Shown here: piece after piece, positions 57,601 through 62,232 of the stretch
How positions within the stretch are numbered: the stretch's first letter is position 1
Layout of the letters: each line of letters opens with the position of its first letter
From: an uncultured Collinsella sp.
GTDB taxonomy: Bacteria; Actinomycetota; Coriobacteriia; Coriobacteriales; Coriobacteriaceae
Direction of reading: 5' to 3'
Assembly (NCBI GenBank): GCA_900547345.1
Contig: URGG01000001.1
Location: 2,994-66,993 of the forward strand
Length of the DNA: 64,000 nt
Made by a program: the position numbers and the translations under genes
The notes under the pieces: generated by a model
Database searches by the model: none
What the model saw: only the letters and a program-made list of their open reading frames with translations
Told to the model about the DNA's origin: nothing

Positions 57601-58502
57601 TCTATAGCGGTGATGCTCAAGCGCCCAAGGTCAAGGGGGCTCCCAAGGCCTGCGAGGGTGATCTGAGGGTCAGGTATTACGGGACGGGTGGCACGCACTA
57701 TTCGTCGAGTGAGGCCCCGACCGATGCCGGCACATATCGCGCCGTTGCCACGCTGCGTAGCAACGGGTATATTGGCGCCGCCTCGCGTAAGTTCAAGATT
57801 GCGCCGGCGAAGCTTAGGGTAAAGGTCGACGATGTTGAACGCTTCGAGGGAGAGGCGAATCCCGCCTTTACCTCGAGCCTAAAGAGCTCGGCCGATACCT
57901 CGGGCGTGAAGGTCGAGTACTCCTGCGTCGCCGATGAGAGTTCCCCGGCGGGCGAGTACCGGATCGAGGCGACGGTCACCGACCCGAACTTCGATGTCAC
58001 GGTTGAGCCCGGTACGCTGACGGTGAAGAAGCGGGAGCCTGTCGACCCGGACCCGGTGGTTCCCGATCCGGACAAGCCGGACCCGGACCAGCCTGACCCG
58101 GACCAGCCGGACAAGCCCGAGCCTGACCAGCCTGATCCGGGCAAGCCCGAGCCCGACAAACCGGAGCCAGATCAGCCGGACAAGCCGGACCCGGATAACC
58201 CGGATAAGCCTGAGCCCGACAACCCGAGTAAGCCGGAGCCGGAAAAGCCCGGAACGCCCGATTCCGACCAGCCGGATTCAAAGGATCCGACAAAACCCGG
58301 TAGTTCGGATAACTCTGCGGTCGATAAGGCAAAGGCATCGGGCACGGAAAACTCCGGCAAGAAGGAGTCTTCCAAGTCGAGCGCTCAGCAGCTCGCCGAC
58401 ACGGGCGATCGTGCGCCATTGGCCGTCGCCGTCGCTGCGGGCGCCGTTGCGCTTGTCGCGCTGGGACTCGAGCTGCTGCGTCGCCGTCGCTCTGACGCGT
58501 AG
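45615..58502 (+). CDS. 4295-aa LAxTG-anchored giant surface protein
   Basis: Signal peptide MNRISAALYRFLVVYLSVAMVVTSIPLAPSTVYA, then an acidic Ser/Asp-rich region. Next are two BspA-type LRR + Ig-like modules (AFYNCPNL..IGKEAFYGCKSLTSL). About 19 repeats of the G(Y/F)xFxGW InlB-B/Listeria-Bacteroides type follow. Then come three super-repeats (Ig I-set-like, He_PIG-like and MBG-like domains) and Pro/Asp stalks. The C-terminus is QLADTGDRAPLAVAVAAGAVALVALGLELLRRRRSDA. Confidence 0.9.
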   Translation: MNRISAALYRFLVVYLSVAMVVTSIPLAPSTVYADDAGAVAVESEAQETDSGSDADVDAVDNASSLGEGGSSTTSDQTNNALDESSSSDTSTSTSSLAQDLSSSATDSDVAKTSPATSEPPSDDSEVDVLTYEPTVYEYAKFMPNYYLYPCDADGNVTVEIDESNPRENSVDGRMVTNLIIDYRTDLVDVQLCADSTNLRSVRFENSSISKIGTHAFYNCPNLIDISLSGMTIGHIGKEAFYGCKSLTSLNINEVATIGSMGDAAFAESGLVSTGLDKVVGLTSIPLMAYDGCKALTYTGLDKNTSITSIGVDAFRNCSCLATTGLESNTTIETLREGCFSGTNMSGGLMLPLYSKIEVLPSCAFSDSKLETVYLGCNHAVLINSTTFPKRNMTVMVPAKMIPKYSKGEPKQVWESCNGCLPVPVGKVLQGIEISRDPDKMAYQPGEKISLEGMSVNFQYSHSLTISDYESLLTREMGEYLTATPCDGDVFDESMDGEPIQLVYDDGYTRLVAYSKGNLQQAAYEYAKLMPNYYLYPCDANGNLTVEIDENNPRENSVDGRMVTNLIVDYGVDEVDAQLCADSTNLRSVRFENSSISKIGLHAFYNCPNLTDISLSGMTIGTIGKEAFYGCKSLTSLNISETTTISSMGYAAFADSGLVATGLDKVVGLTSIPDRAYEGCKALTDTGLDKNTSITSIGVCAFRFCSNLATTGLESNTKVETLGHTCFYGTDLSGGLTLPYNSKIEELPEKAFGSTNLETVFFGCNHAVLINTDTFPKYNMTVMVPAKMIPKYANGHPKAVWERCNGCLPVPVGKVLENVEISCDPNNMTYETGETISLEGMSVELDYPHSVSIWNYEALIKEELGEYLTATPCDGDVFDESMDGQPVKLVYDDGYSHFETQTKGMLQLKKPTPTSFQISYAQTIDKGERKLMDGVELPDVSGTMTIDAGAEVTFDAGALGMLNDNITFKGWYDTESGKYISKEPVYTFTPDKDLSLEACFKLKDYAVHVNDAQATDSSQDYAHLSVTAQNCYRNAGETVEVSAVTDNALFLGWYLGEGDDAYAASDQLDFTYTVDKADAIVSEDKTDARIEITPRYCAPQASVVLSVDGVDENGQPLGQFLSTGLYGIGSRVTVVAVPSPGYVFDYATDALGNVVYSGDDGPSYTFVLEGDVQYTAHFREATDPDESLAALKAALIAAITAAAVLATMYGLGEIVDPIAADAVIEIGMADNIEDVAAVGTKVLKEIKDIIDDHKKPKPHGDHKIEIIATAQPEVGGVVTGGGIHYEGTVATLEAVANPGYHFVCWKENGVEVSTSPLKTMTITDLTPEVVKMTAVFEKKVEITAVAEADGIQADFSTGCTASPVKQSITRGDQAMVTASEGPDYAFVGWFEDGIEVSPERTYIFKAEVDRHLVARFRKADKTILVNTDPFDSAEVLCDGVPVVDGKVRAKDGDILTFTMRPKVRPDNPEKTYRFVEWRETDAQGITIANKQEVCEYRVNGNARIEAVMDGRDTHTVRAEADPLEGGTVTLKRGETAGMVLEVPEDERVTAEATPSEGYIFDGWYLSNGGSDATSTLVSSDRSYTFEPITDCVVQAKFTRACKVDVVVEPAAAMAGKYLVHGEGYCMKGEPATLSIELTAEASKQFAFKGWYDAKTDLLLGTDPSYLEFYPEDVECTVRAVFEENTYTVTAKAKKTFVERGTVEIEGHPGASSVTCGYGDTVMLKAKANDGYRFDHWKDGSGKEYESAELVVKVTKSDTYTAIFTDSKPEVMVTADSWLGGTVTCNGTVVKPATDKFKLGETLHLTAKARPGYLFWGWYVNGRLKSLKHETTLVAKARGKTGHCVITAGFVPIDTVCVPLADPAEGGTVKASRILADRGAEVALKATPNPGYVFTGWYTADGTFESADAEFTCHQERSHVHVARFMAKSYEVDATTVVDSGTGSLVESSAAGWVEGTGTVEAGHAATLTAHALSGYAFEYWADASGAVVSRDSTYHVVPSSDTTLQAVFSAKQYTVDVSCEESMGSVEGAGTYAAGQVATVRAVAAEDTAFVGWFQNGTCVSSKKTYRFTVREDTSLYAVFASGSYVVHTVASPAEGGAVSGFGGYEAGDRATLRATANTGYSFAGWTDDKGDSVSENADYTVKVTGDATYTATFTPKSYQVFLSASEDSVGTLSGEGSYQFGDTVELNATPVGTKRFVGWYVLDAEGNKSLLSCDAHCWVKLDKDMVEGLEDDMLELRAVFADPYEVTVTGEVVVKDKASNRGCRVTGSGSFAVGDQVELTAVAGMGYRFVGWSTDKEGTSIVETATTLDVTATQDITYYAQFESDGQVTITVTGSSIFRGTALLVDGIPAGSRSYDRGDMFMAIAIPWKKYHFSHWVDDAGVTVSYSAFYIGTAKENKQLTAVFYETGCDVQVATYPKGAGFSMVALGTGGSYHSAAIMFTVPHEGWKFKYWVDENGMPVGATPVINRVVFGNRTFTAVYERASMTVTAVDSRQGGHVEGSSEDESLGYAVTNEVENGESTTLTAVPDAGYVFDGWYARNDDGSLGDEPLSTDATWTFVPEDNMTVEARFAEAPKYKVTARAVNGSVDPESALVATDGKVTLSATPDEGCYLTRVTVAEEAGDDGSAGNAYGLDISDYKGGAYEVTLSGVSAPQQVTFEFAKAAAPEVLAQPQDASAYEGDPVELSFAAEAGRNVRVHAAVSSGSAADVKLSYQWYRVSDDGGKAVALKGETGETLSIVQLDSDGEGEYFCRITQNYLGTVTKTDTEHAKVSIVPREALVFNGRVLPVATAHDEYRAEIAGATGGKAPYAYNLDDVEVPEGMQLTLADDGSGALVLSGVPAATGVCRFKISCTDDLGDKCDAHFALLVKAKEASLAFEGQTFTYNATAQAPELSGVPEGCEDDVELTYVGTGDTHYSSDQAPVDAGTYRVVATLDAKGYVGNASCDFTIEKAPVDISIETSDVTYDGARHGAAVAVAGLDASAYSVTYCGIDGTSYGSTALEPCDSGNYRVTVKVTDPNYQGKKSAEFSIAKASQAITGTTSYSGVYGGDPIVFNNVAQTPVSFELVDSDGDASPVSIKGRCATVKAAGTARVVAHAKASRNYLAAEDVELTVSVAPAQLLVKVDDAERFEGQENPEFTSSLVSRCDTSDVKVTYFCSANKKSPAGEYQIDAAVADPNFDVAVDPGTLTVKKKPEHYKVTAKAVNGSVDNALVSVVEGGDAILSAAPDEGCYLERVTVAQAGSGATVDLDISDYKGGSYEVTLSDVTASQEVTFEFAKADAPRVVAQPQDVSVHGGDSAVLSVAAEAGKNVADHAASSTGCAAKIELSYQWFRMVNGKAVALEGETGETLSLADLDDEQAGEYFCRITQRYLGTEKQVESDRAVVSVVPRDALVFNGGLLPVASAHSTYLATIAGAAGGKAPYECAWDETKLPDGLELSRTSGGLTLSGVPSKTGVSAFDVTCTDARGEAMTARFALVVQAKHIKLSFTDGDFTFNGASQAPEVSGAPKVCKGDLRVWYLGTGSTQYSSTEAPTDAGTYRAVVMLRSHGYIGAAACEFEIAPAKLKVKVDDAERFEGEANPAFTSCLESAVDTSGVKVEYSCDADESSPVGEYQIGATVTDSNFDVEVVPGTLTVKKKQDPVDPDPDNPDPDQPDPGPNPDPDNPDPGNPDPDQPDPNPDNPDPDKPDPDNPDKPERFEVTAKAVNGSVDNASVTVDAGGDVTLSAMPDEGCFLERVTVTEAGSDKAIDLDISDYEGGAYEVTVSDVTASHEITFEFAKADAPKVIAQPQDASAHECDAVVLSVAAEAGKGVLDHTSSSTGPAADVELSYQWFHMVGGEAVALEGETGETLLIEGLDDDCAGEYFCRVTQRYLGTETQVESDRAVVSVVPRDALVFNGGLLPVARAHSTYRATIAGAAGGEAPYEYTWDDAKLPEGFKLNRTAGGLTLSGTPSKAGVSTFDITCKDAQGKTVTAHFVLVVQAKRIELAFEGGNFVYSGDAQAPKVKGAPKACEGDLRVRYYGTGGTHYSSSEAPTDAGTYRAVATLRSNGYIGAASRKFKIAPAKLRVKVDDVERFEGEANPAFTSSLKSSADTSGVKVEYSCVADESSPAGEYRIEATVTDPNFDVTVEPGTLTVKKREPVDPDPVVPDPDKPDPDQPDPDQPDKPEPDQPDPGKPEPDKPEPDQPDKPDPDNPDKPEPDNPSKPEPEKPGTPDSDQPDSKDPTKPGSSDNSAVDKAKASGTENSGKKESSKSSAQQLADTGDRAPLAVAVAAGAVALVALGLELLRRRRSDA
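46023..48344 (+). repeat. tandem duplication of a 1161-nt (387-aa) LRR + Ig-like module
   Basis: TACGAGTATGCCAAG... recurs at 46023 and 47184 in frame. The protein copies start YEYAKFMPNYYLYPCDADGNVTVEIDESNPRENSVDGRMVTNLI and YEYAKLMPNYYLYPCDANGNLTVEIDENNPRENSVDGRMVTNLI. Confidence 0.9.
53343..58034 (+). repeat. three large in-frame super-repeats (starts 53343, 55206, 56709)
   Basis: Each copy starts (Y/F)(K/E)VTA(R/K)AVNGSVD... and ends ...DPNFDV.V.PGTLTVKK. Copies 2 and 3 (period 1503 nt) are near-identical over long stretches. Copy 1 carries about 120 extra residues of MBG-like domains. Confidence 0.9.
56532..56705 (+). repeat. Pro/Asp low-complexity stalk 1 (degenerate short tandem repeats)
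   Basis: QDPVDPDPDNPDPDQPDPGPNPDPDNPDPGNPDPDQPDPNPDNPDPDKPDPDNPDKPE. Confidence 0.9.
58035..58300 (+). repeat. Pro/Asp/Lys/Glu low-complexity stalk 2
   Basis: EPVDPDPVVPDPDKPDPDQPDPDQPDKPEPDQPDPGKPEPDKPEPDQPDKPDPDNPDKPEPDNPSKPEPEKPGTPDSDQPDSKDP. Confidence 0.9.
58392..58499 (+). other. sortase sorting signal (LADTG, hydrophobic helix, RRRR tail)
   Basis: LADTG is encoded at 58392-58406, followed by APLAVAVAAGAVALVALGLELL and RRRRSDA. LAxTG is the class E sortase motif of Actinobacteria. Confidence 0.85.
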
Positions 58503-58567
58503 CGGCTCTAAAGGGGCAACCAGATTGATACTTTGCACCATCTGGCCTGCTCAAGCGTTTATACTTG

Positions 58568-58598
58568 CGGGACGGGTATTTTGCCCGTCCCGTTTTTG
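58568..58598 (+). terminator. rho-independent terminator of the giant gene
   Basis: CGGGACGGG-tattttg-CCCGTCCCG followed by TTTTT. Confidence 0.85.
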
Positions 58599-58620
58599 TT
58601 TCGACCCGAAAGGTGTGCCT

Positions 58621-59979
58621 ATGCCCTCATCTGCACCGCGCGGTCTGCGCTCCGACCATGTCGTTACCGTCGGCATCGCCCTGTTTTCGATGCTCTTTGG
58701 CGCCGGCAACCTCATCATTCCGCCGTTGCTGGCGCTCCAGGCCGGCACGGCCACACCGCTTGCCATGGTTGGCTTTTTGATTGCCGCCATCGGCCTGCCC
58801 GTCATGGGCTTTATCGCCGTGGCGCTCGCCGGCACGGCGCGTGAGCTTGCCAGCCGCGTGCACCCCAAGTTTGGCGAGTTCTTTGTCGCGGCGGTGTATC
58901 TGGCCATTGGCCCGTGCCTGGCCATTCCGCGTACGAGTTCCACGGCCTTCGAGATGCTGGTGCCGCTGTTGCCCGAGGGCGTCTCGCTCGGCACGGCGCG
59001 TCTGGTGTTTGCCATTGGCTTCTTTGTCGTCGCGTTTGCGCTCACGCTGCGCCCGGGCGTCATCACGCGCGTGCTCGGCCGCATTACGGGCCCCGCGCTC
59101 ATCGCCCTAATCGTATTGGTCGTGGGCGTCGCCGTGGTCTCGCCGTTGGGTCCCGCTGCCGCGCCGCAGGCTCCCTACAATGCCGGTGCTGCCGTGCAGG
59201 GCTTTCTGACCGGCTACCAGACCATGGACCTGCTTGCGTCGCTCGCCTTTGGCATCATCATCGCCGAGACCATCCATGAGCTCGGCGTTACCGACGATAA
59301 GCGCGTGGCCTTCGAGATCTCGCGTTCGGGTGTGATCGCCGGCGTGCTCATGGCCATCATCTACTGCGGCCTGGCGCTTGCCGGTATGCAGCTCGGCACG
59401 GTTATGCCCGACGCCACCAACGGCGCCGCGATCCTTGCGCGTTCGGCCTCTATGCACTTTGGTCTTGCTGGCACGGTTGTCGTCTTTGCGATTTTCTTCC
59501 TCGCCTGCATGAATGTGTGTATTGGCCTTATCAGCTGCTGCTCGCGTTACTTCTGCGAGACGTATGTGGTCGAAGGGGGAGCGGAGGCTTCCGAGGAGGC
59601 CATGCGCCGCCCCTTTGCGGTTCTCGCCTTTGTGTTCGCGGCGTTTTCGTGCGTGCTCTCCAACGTGGGCCTCGACGTGATCCTTATGTTCTCGGTGCCT
59701 ATGCTCAACGCCTTGTATCCCGTTGCCATCGTGCTGGTGCTTATGGGCCTGGTGCACGGTTTTTGCGACGCTCATCCGCAGGTGTGGGTCTGGGTCGGCG
59801 GCGTTGTCGCGGTGCAGAGCGTAATCACTTCGGTTCGCGATGCGTTTTTCGCGGGCGCGTGGCTGCCGTTCGATGCGTTGCCGCTGGCAGATATCGGTGC
59901 TGCGTGGGCACCGGTTGCTGTGGCGGCGTTTGTGATCGGTCTGGTTCATAGCCAGTTTGTCACACATTCGAGGAGCTAG
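58621..59979 (+). CDS. brnQ: branched-chain amino acid transport system II carrier (LIVCS family)
   Basis: MPSSAPRGLRSDHVVTVGIALFSMLFGAGNLIIPPLL... is the typical BrnQ N-terminus. It is a multi-TM protein. ATG at 58621 with a GAAAGG RBS. Confidence 0.9.
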   Translation: MPSSAPRGLRSDHVVTVGIALFSMLFGAGNLIIPPLLALQAGTATPLAMVGFLIAAIGLPVMGFIAVALAGTARELASRVHPKFGEFFVAAVYLAIGPCLAIPRTSSTAFEMLVPLLPEGVSLGTARLVFAIGFFVVAFALTLRPGVITRVLGRITGPALIALIVLVVGVAVVSPLGPAAAPQAPYNAGAAVQGFLTGYQTMDLLASLAFGIIIAETIHELGVTDDKRVAFEISRSGVIAGVLMAIIYCGLALAGMQLGTVMPDATNGAAILARSASMHFGLAGTVVVFAIFFLACMNVCIGLISCCSRYFCETYVVEGGAEASEEAMRRPFAVLAFVFAAFSCVLSNVGLDVILMFSVPMLNALYPVAIVLVLMGLVHGFCDAHPQVWVWVGGVVAVQSVITSVRDAFFAGAWLPFDALPLADIGAAWAPVAVAAFVIGLVHSQFVTHSRS

Positions 59980-59990
59980 GGTATCGTCGC

Positions 59991-60019
59991 TTGCACAGGC
60001 GGGAAGTCTCCCCTATAAT
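59991..60019 (+). promoter_or_regulatory. sigma-70-type promoter for tRNA-Pro
   Basis: TTGCAC (59991-96), a 17-nt spacer, then TATAAT (60014-19), about 50 nt upstream of the tRNA. Confidence 0.6.
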
Positions 60020-60070
60020 TTCCTTCGCTTTGGGACACGCAAGGTTTAGACCTTAGCTGCTCAACACCTT

Positions 60071-60146
60071 CGGGACGTGGCGCAGTTTGGTAGCGCGCCT
60101 GCTTTGGGAGCAGGATGTCGCAGGTTCAAATCCTGTCAGCCCGACC
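60071..60146 (+). tRNA. tRNA-Pro (anticodon TGG) with two mismatched acceptor-stem pairs
   Basis: A cloverleaf was folded by hand: the D arm is GCGC/GCGC and the anticodon arm is CCTGC-TTTGGGA-GCAGG. The T arm is GCAGG-TTCAAAT-CCTGT. The acceptor 5' strand CGGGACG does not fully pair with the 3' strand CAGCCCG (pairs 5-68 A/G and 6-67 C/A are mismatched). Confidence 0.75.
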
Positions 60147-60148
60147 GG

Positions 60149-60186
60149 AGCCCTTGGAAACATGAGGTTTTCAAGGGCTTTTTTTC
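60149..60186 (+). terminator. rho-independent terminator after tRNA-Pro
   Basis: AGCCCTTG-...-CAAGGGCT followed by TTTTTTT. Confidence 0.75.
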
Positions 60187-60244
60187 CGTTGAAAACAATC
60201 CGCATACAAATGCATACAAACGCCGCGGGATCTCCATGCCCGAT

Positions 60245-60944
60245 TCACACGAGTTCGCGCTCGCGGAGGGCTCCGATCGCGTAGGCCACGTCGTCCAATC
60301 GTTCCGGCCAGAGCGCCGTGTAGGTGTTCAATGTGATGCTGGGAGAGGAGTGGCCGAGCTGCATCTGCAGGGTCTTCACGTCCGCGCCCTGGGCGATTGC
60401 GAAGTTCGCGTATGTGTGGCGCAGACTGTGTATGGTCACGCCCGCGTCCTCTATGCCGGCCGCTTTGACGGCCTTGTTCCATATCCTTGTCCGCCACATG
60501 TTCGTCCAGACGTTCCCGCCACGGGTGGCACGGAACAGCCAGTCGTCATCACCCATGCCATCCATCTGCGCCTTGATCTGCGGCATGAGGAACCGTGGTA
60601 TCGCGATGTTGCGGGCCTTTCCGTTCTTCGGGGTGCCGAGCATGCTACCGCCGTGCCCGTCGTCAGTCCATGTGCGGCCTATTCTGGCGCGCCGCTTGGC
60701 CGCATCCACGTCACCGACCTTGAGGGCAAGCGATTCGCCTATGCGGCATCCCGTATAGGCCTGCCATCTGACCAGCCCCGATCTTCTCCGCCTCGTCCGC
60801 GAGCAACTCGACCTCGCGGACCGAGAGGAACACCATGTCGTCGTCGGAGGCGATCTTCGGCACGGTGACCCTGTCCACAGGATTCTCACCGATCCACCCG
60901 TTCGAGACGGCGTAGTCAAAGATGCCTTTGAGGACGAATTCCAT
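60245..60944 (-). pseudogene. tyrosine recombinase/integrase remnant (N-terminally truncated, one frameshift near 60765)
   Basis: The catalytic half is intact in one frame (AYTGCRIGESLAL...HSLRHTYANFAI...LGHSSPSITLNTYTALW). The preceding core-binding segment (GIFDYAVSNGWIGENPVDRVTVPK...LSVREVELLADEAEKIG) lies in a second frame (track ORF 60711..60944). No arm-binding N-terminus is present upstream. Confidence 0.8.
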
Positions 60945-61113
60945 GCTGGTTCCTTCAATGACGCCGGTGGTGATTGCGGTGCTGGCCGCTGTTGACCATC
61001 CTATCGTCGCCAGTGGGCCGCCGCCTGAATAATTCCGAATGGAAACGCGGTCCCGGGCTGCGCTAATCGCCGTTTGAGGCGTGAAAGCGGGATTAGTGCG
61101 GGCGAAATTGGTG

Positions 61114-61320
61114 GTATCTACATTTCGAGGGGTTGATCTGATGGATCAGGAACATCTATCTGCATTTCAGGGGGTTGTCCAAACGCGATATCCGAAGTAT
61201 TAAGCGCTTTCTGCTACTGGGATTACGCGGTTTTGGGAGCGTTCATACTTGGCTGGCACCCCCTCGAAACGTAGATAGATATCCGGCGAGACCGAAATCA
61301 ACCCCTCGAAACGTAGATAC
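61114..61320. repeat. four copies of a ~22-24-nt motif arranged as two nested inverted pairs
   Basis: The left copies are GTATCTACATTTCGAGGGGTTGAT (61114-37) and ATCTATCTGCATTTCAGGGGGTT (61154-76). The right copies are ACCCCCTCGAAACGTAGATAGAT (61258-80) and ATCAACCCCTCGAAACGTAGATAC (61297-320). The outer pair differs at one base. Confidence 0.8.
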
Positions 61321-61421
61321 GGTTCAATGACGATGTGATTCCGGGCTTTTCGCCCATGACCGGGGGAGAGAAGATGGCGAATCGCGCCGGAAAGGGGTCG
61401 TGCCCGAACCGTGATGCCCCG

Positions 61422-62039
61422 TCATGACTGCAACATGGTGGTGCCGCCGTCCCTGACGAGCAGTGATTGACGGTCAGTGAGCGCGCGTAGGTCGAGCTCC
61501 GTGGAATACCGTTCGACGATGAGCCGTGCCGCCTGACCCATCGTGGGATTGCCCAGATGCGGCACCACATGGAAATCCGTCAGACCGAGTCCTTTGTAGT
61601 CGCGCAGACCCGGGGCGCGATCCGTGCGGTCCATGATGGAGCAGTAGCCGATGTCCGGCGACATGATGACCGAACCGGCTGATTCGCCGATATACGGGAT
61701 CCCGTCGGCTATCCGTTCGGCGAGCAGCGCATCCGCGCCGGTCCGCCGCAGTTCCTGCAGCAGAAAGAACGAATTGCCGCCGCCGACATATATGCAGTCG
61801 GCGTCCGAGAGGGTGCTCCGCACGTCGGGGGCAGCGGCCGTTGAAACATCCAGTTCGGTGACGCGGAATCCCAGTTGACGCAGTTGGCGGCGGGTCAGCA
61901 TCGTATGCGCGAACCCCCATGGCTCTACAGCCGCGGCGGTCGTGATGTACGCCAGTCGACCGCCGTGCAGCCCGGGCAGTGCATGCGGGATCATCCCTGT
62001 GGCTCCGCGCAGCGTCGATGTGAGCATCATGGTCGCCAT
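61422..62039 (-). CDS. pepE: S51-family peptidase (dipeptidase E-like)
   Basis: IYVGGGNSFFLL and YIGESAGSVIM (nucleophile Ser) motifs. ATG at 62039 has AGGAGG 5 nt upstream. The rest of track ORF 61422..62543 is a non-coding extension. Confidence 0.8.
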   Translation of the reverse strand: MATMMLTSTLRGATGMIPHALPGLHGGRLAYITTAAAVEPWGFAHTMLTRRQLRQLGFRVTELDVSTAAAPDVRSTLSDADCIYVGGGNSFFLLQELRRTGADALLAERIADGIPYIGESAGSVIMSPDIGYCSIMDRTDRAPGLRDYKGLGLTDFHVVPHLGNPTMGQAARLIVERYSTELDLRALTDRQSLLVRDGGTTMLQS

Positions 62040-62232
62040 CCTGGCCTCCTTTCGTATCGCCCAGTATAGGACCGCGTTCATGAGAGCGCTGACAGATGAA
62101 AGGTTGAATGCGCGCGGTGGCGTTTGGCACTCGCCTGGCCCGGTTGCCGGAAATGACGACATGGGCGCGAACGATTCCGCCGATGCGGACGGAAAATGCC
62201 ATAACTCGAACGAAGACGATACGATTGGACGC

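Noticed and set aside
52011-57698. 1895-aa ORF on the minus strand inside the giant adhesin gene
   Set aside because: It is exactly antisense to a clearly coding, domain-rich + strand ORF. Its translation is Arg/Gly/Leu-rich low-complexity with no recognisable motifs. Long antisense ORFs are expected in high-GC repetitive sequence where stop codons are rare.
56532-58300. Short degenerate tandem repeats (CCGGATCCCGA-like) that could be mistaken for a CRISPR or minisatellite locus
   Set aside because: They are in frame within the giant ORF and encode Pro/Asp stalks. They have no unique spacers, no leader and no cas genes.
60077-60868. 263-aa plus-strand ORF starting inside the tRNA-Pro
   Set aside because: It overlaps the tRNA and its terminator and is antisense to the integrase catalytic domain. 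It has no motifs.
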